A stretch of DNA of 64,000 nt from positions 83,144,001 to 83,208,000 of the forward strand of contig NC_058368.1 of assembly GCF_018350175.1 (NCBI RefSeq), in the 5' to 3' direction. The position numbers and the translations under genes are program-made. This DNA comes from Felis catus (Eukaryota). A model generated the notes under the pieces. It saw nothing but the letters and a program-made list of their open reading frames with translations, searched no databases and was not told the DNA's origin. This document shows positions 35,689-50,200 of the stretch, one piece after another; position 1 is the first letter of the stretch, and every line of letters starts with the position of its first letter.

Positions 35689-36412
35689 TTTTTTTTTTTA
35701 AATTTTAATTCCAGTAGATTTAACATACAGTGTTATATTACTTTCAAGTGTATAATATAGTGATTCACAATTCTGCATATTACTCAGTGTTCATCATGAT
35801 AAGTGTACTCTTAATCACTTTCACCTATTTCACCCATTACCTGACCCACCTCCAGTCTGGTAAACATCTTTTTGTTCTGTATAATTAAGAGCTTGGGTTT
35901 TTGTTTTCTTCTGTTTTGTTTTGCTGAGTTTCAGTTTTGGTTTTGGATTCAGTTTGTCTCTTTTTTTCTCCTTTGTTGGTTTGTTTTGTTTCTTAAATTC
36001 CACACATGATTGAAATCATATGTTATTTGTCTTTCTCTGACTGATGTATTTCACTTAGCATTATACTCTCTAGTTACATCCATGTTGTTGCCAATGGTAA
36101 CATTTCATTATTTTTTATGGATGAGTAAAAAAGAAAAGATTATATATATCTTATTTGTTCTTCTAATGATGGACACTTGGGTTCCTTCTACATATGGACT
36201 ATTGTAAACAATACTGCAATAAACATAGGAATGCATATATCTTTTTGAATAAGTGTTATTTTCTTTGGATAAATACCAGTTGGAAACACTGAATCATATG
36301 GTAGTCCTATTTCTAATTTTTGAGGAAATTCTATACTGTTTTCCACAATGGTTATAGCAGTATGCATTAACAATAACATCTCTTGAGGGTTTATATTTCT
36401 CCACATCATTCT
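35689..36412 (-). mobile_element. L1 3' end (carnivore-type)
   Basis: T-tail, antisense 3' UTR and end of ORF2 (LPYDS...GIYP...CIPMFIA). Confidence 0.88.
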
Positions 36413-36414
36413 TC

Positions 36415-37320
36415 TTTTCTTTTAAGAACAGATTTCTTATGATGTACTTCACATACCATAAATTCACCTGTTTAAAGTGTACAATTCAACATATATATAT
36501 TTTAATTTTTAGCAAATTTGCAGTGTATTCAACCATCACCACAATTTAACTTTAAAATATTTCCATCCCCACTAAAATAAACCCCATACACATTACCAGT
36601 CAATTCTAATTCTCTACCTGCACCTAAAACATCTTGAGCAACGACAAGTCTACTTTAAAGCTCTATAAATTTGCCTATTTGGCACATTTTATATGAATGG
36701 AATCATACAGTATGTGGCTTTTTGTGACTGGTTTCCTTCACTTAGCATAACGTTTTAAAATTTCATCCCAATTTGTAGCATGTATTAGTACTTAATTTCT
36801 TTTTATTGGTGAATAATATTGGATGTTAGAGAATATCACATTTTATTTATTTCATCAGTTGATGTGCATTTAGGTTATTTTAACTTTTTGACTATTATGA
36901 ATAACGCTGCTTGGAATATTTTTACACATTTTTTTGTGGGAGCATACATTTAAATTTTTCTCAGGTTAAATACCTAAGAGTGCAATCACTACATCATATA
37001 GTAATTCTGTGTTTAACCTTTTTTTTAGTTTATTTATTTATTTTGAGAGAGAGACAGAGAGAGAGACAATGCATGCGAGTGGCAAAGGGGCAGAGAGAGA
37101 GGGAGGGTAAGAATCCCATGACATGGGGCTTAACCACATGAAACATGAGATTATGACCTGAGCTGAAATCAAGAGTTGGGTGCTCAAATGACTGGGACAT
37201 TCAGGCACACCACTGTGTTTAAATTTTCAAAGAACTGCCAAATGTTTTCCAACGGTTTTGCACCATTTTACATTCTCTGCTATCAATGCATGAGGGCTCC
37301 AATTTCTTCACATTCAATCT
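36415..37320 (-). mobile_element. Older L1M-type 3' end with a nested Can-SINE (37019-37211)
   Basis: cacataccataaattcacc...aagtgtacaattca...atggaatcatacagtatgtgg; SINE TSD ctgtgtttaa. Confidence 0.8.
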
Positions 37321-38899
37321 ATTTTTTGTAATTTATTTATTTACATTCAAGTTAGTTAACATACTGTGTAGTATTGGTTTCAGGAGTAGAACCCAGTGAT
37401 TCATCACTTATAAGATATAAGAAAATATTATGAAAAATCATACGCCAACAAATAGGACAACCTAGAAGTAGATGAATTCCTGGAAACATACAAACTACCA
37501 AAGTGATCCAGGAATAAATAAAAAATTTGAACAGTCTGATAACCATCAAAGACATTGAATTAGTAATCAAAAAATTCCCAACAAACAGAAGTCCAGAGCC
37601 AGATGACTTTAAAGGCAAATACTACCAAACATTTCAAAAATAATTAGTACCTATTGTTCTCAAACTATTCCAAAACACAGACAAGGAAGGCAAACTTTCA
37701 AATTCATTCTTTGAAGCAAGCATTACCCTGATACCATAAACATATAAAGACATGACTAGAAAAGAATACTACAGGCCAACATCTTGGACAAATATAGATC
37801 CAAAAGCCCTCAAAACTACTTGCAAACCAAGTATAACAGTACATTTAAAAACCATTCACCATGATCAAGTGGGATTTTTTACTGAGTTGCAAGGGTAGTT
37901 CAAAATTCCCAATCAATCAACATGATACATCATATCAATAACAGAAAGGATAAGAACCATGTGATCATTTAAATAGAGTAAAAAAATCCATTTGGCAAAG
38001 TAAAACTTCATTCATGATAGAAACATTCAACAAATTAGGTTTAGAAGAAACATACTTGAACATAATAAAGGCCATGTATTATAAACCCTGAGATAACATC
38101 ATACTCAATATGAAATACTGAGAGCTTTTCCTCTATGGTCAGGATGAAGACAAGGATGTGCATTATCACTGATTTTATTCAACATAACTACTGAATGTTG
38201 TAGCTACATAGGCAGACAAGAAAAACACAAAGAGAAATGTGGTTTTTTATTAATTTTTTTTTGTCGTTTATTCATTATTGAAAGATAGAGACAGAGCATG
38301 AGCAGGGGAGGCGCAGAGAGAGACACACACAGAATCCAAAGTAGGTTCCAGGCTCCGAGCTGTCAGCACAGAGCCCAACGCGGGGTTTGAACTCACAAAC
38401 CGTGAAATCATGACCTGAGCCCAAGTCTGACGCCCAACTGACTGAGCCAGCCAGGCACCCCCACAAAGAGAAATTTGTAAAGAGGAAGTATAACTTTCAG
38501 TATTTTCAGATTACATGATACTATATATAACAAACCCAAAGACTCCACCCAGAAACTACTATAGCTGATAAATGAATTTATTAGATTTTCAGTATACAAA
38601 ATCAATATACAGATTTATCATTTATATACACTATCATGAAGTAGTAGAAAAGGAATTTAAGAAACTGCCCATTTAGAATTTCACCAAAATAATAAAATAT
38701 CTAGAAATAGACTTAACAAATGAGGTGAAAGGGCTGTACTCTGAAATCTACAAACCATTGATGAAGGAAGTTGAAGATGACAGGAATAAAGGACAGAATA
38801 TGCGATGTTTCTGGACTGAAAGAACAAATATCATTATCATGTTTATATTATCTAATGCAATATAAAGATTTATTGTAATTCCTGTTGAAATACCAATAG

Positions 38900-38938
<39 letters not shown>

Positions 38939-38960
38939 TTTGCAGAACTAGAACAGGTAA
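37321..38960. mobile_element. L1: short antisense 3' end (37321-37410) joined to a sense ORF2 RT segment (37412-38960), with a nested antisense Can-SINE (38243-38462) and (CA)n (38907-38937)
   Basis: Recognisable L1 3' terminus and RT sequence (caccatgatcaagtgggattt); SINE TSD cacaaagagaaat. Confidence 0.82.
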
Positions 38961-38964
38961 TGAT

Positions 38965-39415
38965 AACATATTTAGGTCTAAAATGAGTCCCTTGTCAGCA
39001 GCATGACATGGAACTTTTTTTCTTATCAATCCATTCTGTCACCTGATATCTTTTGATTGGAGCATCTAGCTTATTTATGTTCAAAGTAATTATTAATGAT
39101 ATATGTTTACTGGCTTCTTATTTGTTTTGTTGTTGTTGCTGACGATTTTTTATGATCCTTTCTTGTCATTCCCCTTTTCATGTTTTGCTGATTTTATTTA
39201 GTGATCTACTTTATTCTTTGCATATTTATTAGTGAGTATTTGTATATAGTCACTATTACCATATTACCTCTTTTGCATATAGCAGTCTTTATTTAATTCT
39301 TGGTCATTTAAGTTTTAACCCATTCTTTAGTCTTCCTTACATTTTAGGTACATATTGTCACATTTTACATCTTTTTATATTGTGAATTCCTTGATATTTT
39401 TTACATAAATATTCA
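38965..39415 (-). mobile_element. Old L1 fragment
   Basis: ggtctaaaatgagtccct...atccattctgtcacc...ttttgattggagcat resembles antisense ORF2 start and inter-ORF sequence. Confidence 0.7.
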
Positions 39416-39612
39416 TCTGCTGATAGCTAGTTTATTTATATTTGCATATAAAGTAGAAGTTAATGGCTATTAATACTAAGCAAATTTTAATTTGACCTGG
39501 ATTTAGGAAATTATTCAAACAGTTCAGAAATTGTTTTGTTTTTCTGTCACATATGAAGTCACATGTTCAAAAACAGTTATTCATAATTAAACAATGTCTA
39601 AACTATTTTTCT

Positions 39613-39838
39613 TATTTTCAGGTGGAAAACTAATTATGTATGAAGTCCTAAGAGAAAAAATGGGTGCTAAAATAAATTATTATAATTGAAGAACAGGGAC
39701 TGAATTCCCTGGATGGATTATGAAATTAAATCACAGATGACTTACTAAAATTGTGTTACATATATTTTCACTGAAAAGTTAAAGGATTTCAGTTACTCTG
39801 TAAATAGTATCATTCTTGATAACACCTGGAAGGTAAGT
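39613..39838 (+). promoter_or_regulatory. Putative promoter / non-coding exon 1 of OR gene 3; donor AG|GTAAGT at 39833-39838
   Basis: Paralogue of 60-294 and 21940-22164, with TAATTG, cagggactgaattccctgga (O/E-like) and a consensus donor. Confidence 0.58.
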
Positions 39839-41987
39839 TTGAATGAGACTGTACATTCCAAAATATCTAAAGCATTCGGATGTTCAATCAAAGGGAATAG
39901 AATTTTATTCAAAAGCTATATGTATTAGAAATTTTGATATTTTGAAGTTCTTTAAGTACGGACCACTTTTTCATGTTGATCTCTAACTTACCCCTTTATA
40001 GTCTCTGTAAAATAAATGTATTTCTTATATTTGTCACAGATCTTTTTGAAGGTTAATTAAATAATACCTGTGAAGATATTAAATACAAGGCATTATTTAG
40101 AACAATGTTATAAATGCTAAATTCAGAATCATTGCAAGACTCTCCAGTGGATCTAGTCTATTTGTTCTTGTTTCCAATCACTGTGAGGATCATTAGGCTT
40201 CATTTTTGTGCAATTTTCTTTAGTTGAACTAAACACATATAAAATAAGCATATAGATTACCAATCAGGAACAAATAATCTAATAAGAAAAATAGATTATT
40301 TTCAAAAATAATCAAGAGGAATAAATTAAGGTTATTGCAAATTAGGGTGGGGAGATGTGATTTGGATGTAAGTAATGATAGTAATGCTCATCTGATGAAT
40401 TCATGTTGTGATACATGTATTTAAAGAATTAACCTATTCTACTTTTTAACAATCCTTAGAGGAATGGAAGGAATTAAAATAAAATCTCAGAGACATTACC
40501 TAACCTGTCTGTTGACATAGGAGTTGGTGGTAGATCAAGACTATAAACTCAGTAAACTGTCTGATCTGAAGGTCCATAATATTGCCTTTACATAGAACAG
40601 AGGTAGACACCACACATCTTCTGAAAGTTTTTTATATGCAGATCTTGCTAGCTAAGGAATGAAGAAGGAGGCATGAAGAAAGATAGTCCTGTTTTGGAAT
40701 TTGAAAGGAGGTGTGATTTACAAATGTGAAAGATTGTGGAACAGCAGACATCAAGTAAGAGACACCTCCTAAAAGCTCCTACTTATCTCAGTTTATCTTT
40801 GGGATCTGGAAGTAGCAATACATAGAGTTTGTTTTGGAAAATGGAGAAGAAATATTTTAAAATAGAGGCTTCAATGACTTTCTTCAGTGTCTCAAATCAA
40901 GGTCAGCAAGATGGTGAAATATGCTCTGCAGCTAATTTGAGCCATTTGAGAATTGAACTTATAAGAGGAGTGATACAATCCACTTATTCTTTGGGAAAAT
41001 CCAAAATTAGACTGTTGGGTAAAGTGAAAAATAGAAACTTAGTTTTATCTGTAATATTTAGATATGATGCAAATAGATGGGCTTTTTAGAAATACTGATA
41101 AGCCTTTCCAAAAGGTATCACAACTCACTTTTGAGAAATGTAACTTGAAAATTTTATAGGTAAACAGAGGATGGATTTAGGTGAATAATTCCTAAGTTTC
41201 CATAAGGACATTTTTTGCATACCATTTTATCTATAACATACTATTTATTTTTTGTGTTTTTATTAGGAGGGAGAGCATGACTTCTCCATTGACATTATGC
41301 AGCATATATAGAGCAGAGATGAATGCTCAGTTATCCTAATATGTATTCAACTAAACTCTCCTTTTCTCAATTTTCTCTCCCTCATTCACTATCCCCCTCA
41401 AATTTCTTTCCAACTCATTTGGTCATTCAAAACACACAAGGTCTTTCAACATTCCACTGAATGTCAACTGTCTTTGTTTAGCCAACTTGACTCTTTTCCT
41501 CTCCTCTTCCTATAACAATTTTTAAAATTATATTTCTTCAAAATACATTTCTTGAAGCTGGTGAGCATAATTAATAAAAACATAAATTATATTTAGCTAA
41601 AGTTGTGTCATAGTCTATTTTTTAAGTATGTATAGACAAAGTCTATTAATTCCACACTATGAGGGATTTGTTGAGAAATTATGTGGATAAAATTTGATGA
41701 AGCAATGGATTAATGTACATTATGTTGTTAACTTTATAGCTGTAATGCTTATATAAATTCCTCATGTTATTATAGCTATAACTAAATGCACTTATTAATA
41801 TAAAATAACACATTTTAACTAAGACATTACTTCAGAGAGATGATGTGGAGGAGCTTGAGCTGACAGTATTCAGAAATAAGTGTCTTGACCACCAATGTGA
41901 AACGTTGTTTACTATAGCTTCCTCTCCTAGGAAAGTAAAGGAAATGAGACTTTGTGAGATTGGTTTGCCAAAATAAAAGATTGTGCA

Positions 41988-42060
41988 ATAACATAACATA
42001 ACATAACATAACATAACATAACATAACATAACATATAATTAATATAATATAATAATATAT
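41988..42060. repeat. (ACATA)n/(AATAT)n microsatellite
   Basis: Directly visible; paralogous position to 24531-24610. Confidence 0.95.
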
Positions 42061-44342
42061 CATTCTATGTATGCCCACATTGAAGAAATAAGAAACATTA
42101 AAAAAATACAGTAATATATAGGCAGAACCTCCTTACCTACTACAAAGTAAATTTTACATTTATCTACTGAAAATGGACAACTTAAAACTGTTTCTCATCT
42201 CAAATTATTAAAGATTCTTCTAACTGACTTTTATAGAAGCCAGTTAGTTTTGAACAGTTCTAACTATCTCCATTGCAATTCTTCCATTCGTTCCTTTTAT
42301 GGGCTAAAATTCATGGATTGTTTTCACATAATGACATAATGTGAAGGGGAATAGATTTAAAATGTGATGGAGTTTGTTGTTAACACAGAGATTGTAAAAA
42401 GCAGCCATGAGCAAAATAAGATCTAAATATAGAGTCAGGTTCTGTCACTTTTAAATAATGGAGACAAGGAAAGCATAGTGAAAAATTATTACAACACCCC
42501 TTTAGCAATTTATTTTTATAAATTACTCCATAGAAATTTGATTTGGAAGTTTGTACATAGAGTGAACTGCAGAATGTCAAGGACATTTACTTCCCTAGAT
42601 AATGCCACCTATGTAAGCTGTATTCAGTCTAGATAGCATTATATGGCCTTGATTAAGCAGAAAGATAGACAAGAAGACAAATGCAGGCCAAAGAAAAATC
42701 TGGCCCATGGAGTTCTTCAGCCTGTGCAGCTTTCAAGGCACTTCCACTTTCCAAATTTATAGAATTGTTATTTATGCAATTAATGTCCAAATTGGGAATA
42801 CTGATGAATCTGTTGTTTTGGGTATTATTCCAGGATGCACAATTGATTGAAACATTACCTATTAAAGGGGAAAAAAGTGGCAAATTGTCAGGAAATGACT
42901 AGATATATGCTGAATGTTCCATAGGTACTAATATTTATGTTTCAAAACATGAAGAGAGAGACTTTCACCAGGTATAACAACATGAGCAAACTTGAAGTAG
43001 AAAGGATATATTGCTTTTTAGAAGCACAGAAATGATAGTAAACCAAGTGATGTTTTAATTTTCTGTTGGTCAATAAATTTTAATCAAAGGCTTGAAAACT
43101 CATGTTATTTTTCAGTAGTAATGTTTGAAGTTTTTTCTGTATCATGCATAATCACTTTTGAATCACAGTTTGAATAAGGTTAAAAGATTGTGTTAGAAAT
43201 ATTTAATAAACAATTGTGTGTAAGAGGAGTGAAAAAGTAAAAATACTTGAAAATTTAAATAGCATGAGCTATGCTTATTTACACAGTGTGGGTTGAGTTT
43301 CTTGACAAGTATTATAAATATAAGGAATAATGCTAAGAGAATTTATAACTGGTCAGAAATTTAGGATGTATTAAATACCTGAGTTATGATTGAAATATTA
43401 TATACACTGAATTGTTGAATGCTACAGAGATAAAGAGTTTAGAAGGACCCAAAGTGGTGAAGAAAATGAATATTCATAATCTGTCCAGGGAGTGTTAGGG
43501 AAGAAAGAAAGTAAAGAATTTCTTGTCTCTTGGAAAGGGTATAAAGAAGGGAAAAATGAATACGAAAATAAAGAATTATATGTATGCTATTGCATAGCCA
43601 AAGAAATCTTAAAAAGTTTTGCTAAGGACATGGAAGAGATTAATTTTATGTAAGCTAGAATAGTGTGGAGGTAAGTAAGTGTGGTCTCTCTTACTTTTAG
43701 TAGTATATATTTATTTTAAAAAATATATATCATACAAACTTCACTCCAGATAATATTCACACTTTAAAAATATGATCTAATTTGATTTTAATAACACACT
43801 GTAATATAGATATTATAAATATTCAGGTTAATACACTGTAAAATAAAGATTGTAGGAATTAATTGCCTAAAATTACACAGCTGAAGTAATCTGTACCAGA
43901 CATGCCTTTGCCTTTGTACTCTCCTTTATCCTGTATCTTGAGATCAATACTTGACTGCCTTGTGGACACATGTCACTTTTAGAGATGAGTGAGGAAACGG
44001 TATATTTATGAGGAACTATTTACACTATACCCACCATTATTAGAATAAATATTACATAATGGACATCAGATTGCTGATTTCTCAATCTCTTCTGTTTACC
44101 TGACATGTGATTAATCTTGTCTCATTTCCATCAATACATGATTTTCTCTACACTTTGATAGAAATTTTATGCAAAATTTCATGGAAAACAAAAAAGAACC
44201 ATAAATAAAATCTCATTGACTTCTCAGAAATTTATGTCTTCCATGATCATAAAGTTTTTATGAATGGATAATCTACACTACGCATATGAGCTAACTAGTT
44301 TCTCTAACCTCATTATATGACTTGAGAAAGTTCTCATATTTT

Positions 44343-44549
44343 TATTTTTTTAATGTTTATTTATTTTTGAGACAGAGACAGAGACTGAGCAGGGGAGGGG
44401 CAGAGAAAGAGGGAGACACAGAATCCGAAACAGGCTCCAGGCTCTGAGCTGTCAGCACAGAGCCTGACGCCGGGCTGGAACCCACAAACTGTGAGATCCT
44501 GACCTGAGCTGAAGTCGGATGCTTAACTGACTGAGCCACCCAGGTGCCC
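44343..44549 (-). mobile_element. Can-SINE in the intron of OR gene 3
   Basis: TSD tgagaaa[gt/ac]tctcatatttt. Confidence 0.94.
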
Positions 44550-44827
44550 TGAGAAAACTCTCATATTTTTAACATGTAACTTACTATGTCTGTGAACCAC
44601 ACATTCTTCATTAACAACAAACTTGAATTTAAATAAATAAATTTTTAAATGAAAATAATTCATCTAACATAAAATAATCATATCAAGATAAAACAATGCT
44701 TTAATATATCCAGTCTAAAAATGAAATTATGACCAGAGAAACAATTGCCTCTTGCTTAGGCAATTTGGTAGAAGTGGTGACTTAGGGAAGGAAGTGCTTG
44801 ATGTTTCTATAACACAATCACAGCCAT

Positions 44828-44852
44828 TTGTCACTTCTTGTATTCCTTGCAG
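44828..44852 (+). promoter_or_regulatory. Splice acceptor of the OR gene 3 coding exon
   Basis: tcacttcttgtattccttgcAG ending 12 nt before the ATG. Confidence 0.7.
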
Positions 44853-44864
44853 TAAACATTTATC

Positions 44865-45812
44865 ATGGCATGGGAGAATCAGACCTTCAACTCAGACTTT
44901 ATCCTGGTAGGAATCTTCAATGACAGCCCCACTCACATCTTCCTTTTCTCACTGGTCTTGGGCATCTTCACAGTGGCCTTCATGGGAAACACTGTTATGG
45001 TTCTCCTCATCTGCCTGGACAACCAACTCCACACCCCCATGTACTTCCTTCTCAGCCAACTCTCCCTCATGGACCTCATGCTCATCTGCACCACTGTACC
45101 CAAGATGGCCTTCAACTACTTGTCTGGCAGGAAGTCTATCTCTCTGGCTGGTTGTGGAGCCCAGATATTCTTATATGTGTCTCTGCTTGGAGCAGAATGT
45201 TTCCTGTTGGCTTCAATGGCTTATGACCGTTATGTTGCCATTTGCCACCCATTAAGATACTCAATTCTCATGAACCAGAAAATATGTGGTCTCATGGCAG
45301 CTTTTTCATGGATTCTTGGCTCACTTGATGGTATAATTGAAGCTGCAGTTGCATTGTCTTTTTCATATTGTGGTGCCCGAGAAATACCCCACTTTTTCTG
45401 TGATGTCCCTGCCCTTCTCACTCTCTCATGCACTAACACATTGTTATTTGAAAGGATGATATTTATATGCTGTATTATTATGCTTCTTTTCCCTGTAGCA
45501 GTAATCATTGCTTCTTATGTTCATGTTATTGTGGCTGTCATTCACATGGGATCTGGAGAGGGCCCACGTAAAGCTTTTGGCACCTGTTCTTCTCACCTCA
45601 TGGTAGTAGGAATGTATTATGGAGCAGCCATGTTCATATACATGAGGCCCAGTTCAGATCGTACCCCCACCCAGGACAAATTCGTGTCTGTCTTCTACAC
45701 TATCCTTACTCCCATGCTGAATCCTCTCATCTATAGCCTCCGCAACAAGGATGTGGCCAGAGCATTCATGAAAGTGTTAGGAAGGGGTAAGTCTGGAGAG
45801 CAAATTGCCTGA
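44865..45812 (+). CDS. OR2M: Intact class II olfactory receptor, OR2M subfamily (315 aa; OR gene 3)
   Basis: Complete ORF with LHTPMY, MAYDRYVAICHPLRY, KAFGTCSSHL and PMLNPLIYSLRN. It is colinear with gene 1, with about 45 differences in 315 aa by manual count (about 86% identity). Confidence 0.96.
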   Translation: MAWENQTFNSDFILVGIFNDSPTHIFLFSLVLGIFTVAFMGNTVMVLLICLDNQLHTPMYFLLSQLSLMDLMLICTTVPKMAFNYLSGRKSISLAGCGAQIFLYVSLLGAECFLLASMAYDRYVAICHPLRYSILMNQKICGLMAAFSWILGSLDGIIEAAVALSFSYCGAREIPHFFCDVPALLTLSCTNTLLFERMIFICCIIMLLFPVAVIIASYVHVIVAVIHMGSGEGPRKAFGTCSSHLMVVGMYYGAAMFIYMRPSSDRTPTQDKFVSVFYTILTPMLNPLIYSLRNKDVARAFMKVLGRGKSGEQIA

Positions 45813-46361
45813 TAATCTTTACGCTTTGTTTTTTTCCCAGTACCTTCTTTGCTTTATGCTTAAATTTATGTATTCAATCAATCCAATTAAGTAACTAATA
45901 TTTCCTGATCTTTGTAGATTTATAGGCAACAACAAAGATTTTAGAAATTGAAAAATTGTTTTCATTTTTTCTTCAAATAGTTTACATTTTTATGGTAGTT
46001 TGAAGCTATGGCTATAAGGAAATTATTAGTACAAAAAATCTGCAATTTATTCCATTGTATTATACCAATTTAAAAATTTTTTGCCATGACTACATCCCAT
46101 TGTTTGGTTGCATTGATTAAAAATATTTTTTTATAACATGTCATAAGCTTAACCTTGGAGAAAAAATGCTTTTTATGAAATCCAAAAATCTTAATTTGGA
46201 GTGATCAATTTTTTTAAAAAAGTGAATGACGAAGCAATTTATGGGAATGAATATAAGATTATTATGTAAATAAATTTGTCATAACTGGATGGGAAATAAG
46301 GGGTATTGTATTGTGATATAGCCACATTGAGCTTTAATTGTTCTAGAAATTGTCCTTCTTA

Positions 46362-46582
46362 GGGGCGCATGGGTGGCTTGGTCGGTTGAGCGTCCGACTT
46401 TGGCTCAGGTCATGATCTCACGGTCCGTGAGTTCCAGCCCCGCGTCGGGCTCTGTGCTGACAGCTCAGAGCCTGGAGCCTGTTTCAGATTCTGTGTCTCC
46501 CTCTCTCTCTGCCCCTCCCCCGTTCATGCTCTGTCTCTCTCTGTCTCAAAAATAAATAAACATTAAAAAAAATTAAAAAAAA
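46362..46582 (+). mobile_element. Young Can-SINE (SINEC_Fc-like, CpGs retained)
   Basis: Near-consensus body; perfect 16-bp TSD agaaattgtccttctt (46345-46360 and 46583-46598). Confidence 0.96.
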
Positions 46583-47248
46583 AGAAATTGTCCTTCTTCG
46601 GGATAGTAGATAACTGGGGTGTTACCATTTATTTTATTTTCCTATAGAAATCAAACAGTCTTATACATGGGAAACTAAAATGTAAATATGAATCCTAAAA
46701 CATGGTTTTTCTCATTCTTAGATATTTTCCTCTTTATATGGATTGTGTACTGTTATTGTATGAAAACATAATAATTTTTGTTTAATGAAGAAGTATTGGT
46801 TTTCTTTAGGCTGCATATTTTCCTTAAATCTCATGTGTGACATCTCCAAATATAAGTTCATAATGATATTTATATCTATCTAGATATATGTATAAAATAC
46901 GTATATGTAGATCATCATTTAGATATAGATGATATAGATATATAATTCTGGAGATTCTTGTGGCTTAAACAGAAAAATCTTTATACCGTAATATGAATAT
47001 GAACTGTTTCATTAAAACTGTGTGGTAACATCCCCACTGTATACAACAAATTAACACAAATTTAGCAGCTGTGAATAGCAACCGTTTATGTCAGAGTTTA
47101 TATTTGTCAGAGTTTCCAGCGTGGCTAACATAGATATTCTGCTTCTGATATCAGAAAGTAAGATCCATGTGTTGGTTGGAGCTGCGGTTTTATCTGAAAC
47201 TTAAGGTCACCTTCAAACCTCATGCGTTTGTTGAAATGAGTAATTTTT

Positions 47249-50200
47249 TAAATAATATATTGCTTTTATTTTTTTAACTTTATTTTTTTAATTTACATGC
47301 AAATTAGCTACCATATAGTGCAACAATGATTTCAGGAGTAGATTCCTTAGTGCCCCTTACCCATTTAGCCCATCCCTCTCCCACAATCCCTCCCATAACC
47401 CTCAGTTTGTTCTCTATATTTATGAGTCTCTTATATTTTGTCCCCCTCCCTGTTTTTATATTATTTTTGTTTCACTTCCATTATTTTCATATGTTTTGTC
47501 TCTTAAAGTCTTCATATGAGTGAAGTCATGAGTTTTGTTTTTCTCTGACTAATTTCACTTAGCATAATACCCTCCAGTTCCATCCATGTATTTGCAAATA
47601 GCAAGATTTCACTCTTTTTGATTCACTCCATTATGTGTGTATGTGTGTGTATGTATATACATATATATATGTGTGTGTGCATATATATATATATATATCA
47701 CTTCTTCTTTACCCATTCATCCATCGATGGACATTTGGGCTCTTTCCATACTTTGGCTATTGTTGATAGTGCTGCTATAAACATGGGGGTGCATGTGTCC
47801 CTTCGAAACAGCACACCTGTATCCCATGGATAAATGCCTAGTAGTGCAATGGCTGGGTCGTAGGGTAGTTCTATTTTTAGTTTTTTGGGGAACCTCCATA
47901 CTTTTTTCAAGAGTGGCTGCATCAGCTTGCATTCCCACCAACAATGCAAAGAGATCCTCTTTCTCCACATCCTCACCAACATCTGTTATTGCCTGAGTTG
48001 TTAATGTTAGCCATTCTGACAGGGGTAAGGTGGTATCTCATTGTGGTTTTGATTTGCATTTCTCTGATGATGAGTGATGTTGAGCATTTTTTCATGTGTC
48101 GATTGGCCATTTGGGTGTCTTCTTGTTGAAGTGTCTATTCATGTTTTGCCCATTTCTTCACTGAATTATTTGTTTTTTGGGTGTTGAGTTTTATAAGTTC
48201 TTTATAGATTTTGGATACTAACCCTTCTGATGTGTCATTTGCAAATATCTTCTCCCATTCTGTTGGTTGCCTTTTAGTTTTGCTGATTGTTCCCTTCACT
48301 GTGCAGAAGCTTTTTGTTTTGATGAGGTCCCGGTAGTTCATTTTTTACTTTTGTTTCCCTTGCCTCCGGAGACATGTTGAGTAAGAAGTTGCTGTGGCCA
48401 AGATCAAAGAGGTTTTTGTGTGCTTTCTCCTCGAGGATTTTGATGACTTCCTGTCTTACATTTAGGTCTTTCATCCATTTTGAGTTTATTTTGTGTATGG
48501 TGTAAGAAAGTGGTCCAGGTTCATGGTTCTGCATGTCGCTGTCCAGTTTTCCCAGCACCATTTGCTGAACAGACTGTATTTTTTCCGTTGGATATTCTTT
48601 CCTGCTTTGTCAAAGATTAGTTGGCCATACGTTTGTGGGTCAATTTCTGAGTTCTCTATTCTATTCCATTGATCAGAGTGTCTTTTCTTGTGCCAGAACC
48701 ATACTGTCTTGATGATTATAGCTTTGTAGTATAGCTGGAAGTCTGGGATTGTGATGCCTCTTCCTTTCGTTTTCTTTTTCAAGATTGTTTTGACTATTCA
48801 GGGTCTCTTCTGATTCCATACAAATTTTAGGATTATTTGTTCCAGCTCTGTGAAGAATGCTAGTGTTACTTTGATAGGTATTGGATTGAATATGTAGATT
48901 TCTTTGGGTAGTAGCGACATTTTAATAATATTTGTTTTTCCTATCCAGGAGCATGGAATATTTTCCATTTGTTTGTGTCTTCTTCAATTTCTTTCATAAG
49001 CTTTCTATAGTTTTCAGTGTATAGATTTTTCACCGCTTTGGTTGGATTTATTCCTAGGTATTTTATGGTTTTTTGTGTAACTGTAAATGGGATCAATTCC
49101 TTGATTTGTCTTTCTGTCACTTCATTGTTGGTGTGTACGAATGCAACCTATTTCTATGCATTGATTTTATATCCCTTTACTTTGCTGAATTCATTAATCA
49201 TTTCTAGCTGTTTTTGGTGGAATATTTTGGGTTTTCTATACAGAGTATCATGTCACCTGTGAAGAATGAAAGTTGGACCTGCTCCTCGCTGATTTGGATG
49301 CCTTTTATTTCCTTGTGTTGTCTGATTGCAAAGGCTACGACTTCCAATACTATGTTGAATAACAGTGGTGAGAGTGGATATCCCTGTCTTGTTCCTGACC
49401 TTAGGGGGAAAGTTCTAAGTTGTTCCCCATTGAGGATGATATTAGCGTTGGGTCATTCATATGTGGCTTTTATGATCTCGAGTTATGCTCCCTCTATCCC
49501 TAATTTCTTGAGGGTTTTTATAAAGAAAGGATGGTGTATTTTGTCAAATGCTTTCTCTGCACCTATTGAGTGAATCATATGGTTCTTTTATGTTTCCTTT
49601 CTTTTAATGATATGATGAATCACATTATTGTTTTGCAGATATTGAACCAGCCCGGCATCCCAGGTATAAATCCTGCTTGGTCGTGGTGAATAATTTTCTT
49701 AATGTATTCTTGGATCCCGTTGGCTAATATCTTGTTGAGAATTTTTGCATCCATGGTCATCAAGGAAATGGGTCTATAGTTCTGCTTTTTAGTGTGGTCT
49801 CTGTCTGGTTTTGGAATCAGGATAATGCTGGCTTCATAGAAAGAGTTTGGAAGTTTTCCTTCCACTTCTGGAACAGTTTTTGGAACAGTTTCAAGAGAAT
49901 AGGTGTTACATCTTCTTAGTGTTTTGTAGAATTACCCTGGAAAGATATCTGGCCCTGGACTCTTGTTTTTTGGCAGATTTTTGATTACTAATTCAATGTC
50001 GTTACTGGTTATGGGTCTGTTCAAAATTTCTATTTCTTTCTGTTTCAGTTTTGGTAGTGTATATGTTTCTAGGAATTTTTTCCATTTCTTCCAGATTGCC
50101 CATTTTATTGGCATATAATTGCTCATAATATTCTCTTATTATTCAGTACTCACTCAGAACATCAATGGACTCAATGTTCCAATCAAAAGGGTAACAGAAT

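Noticed and set aside
37321..38960. Possible second twin-primed L1
   Set aside because: The arms are more than 1 kb apart in L1 coordinates and I found no convincing TSD; left undetermined.
42380..42902. Similar short ORFs in units 2 and 3 (e.g. ESGSALKA peptides at 30288-30581 and 42653-42883)
   Set aside because: Frames and starts are not preserved between paralogues; the similarity is explained by DNA duplication.
46362..46450. tRNA-like A/B boxes
   Set aside because: These are Can-SINE heads followed by CT tracts and A-tails, not tRNA genes.
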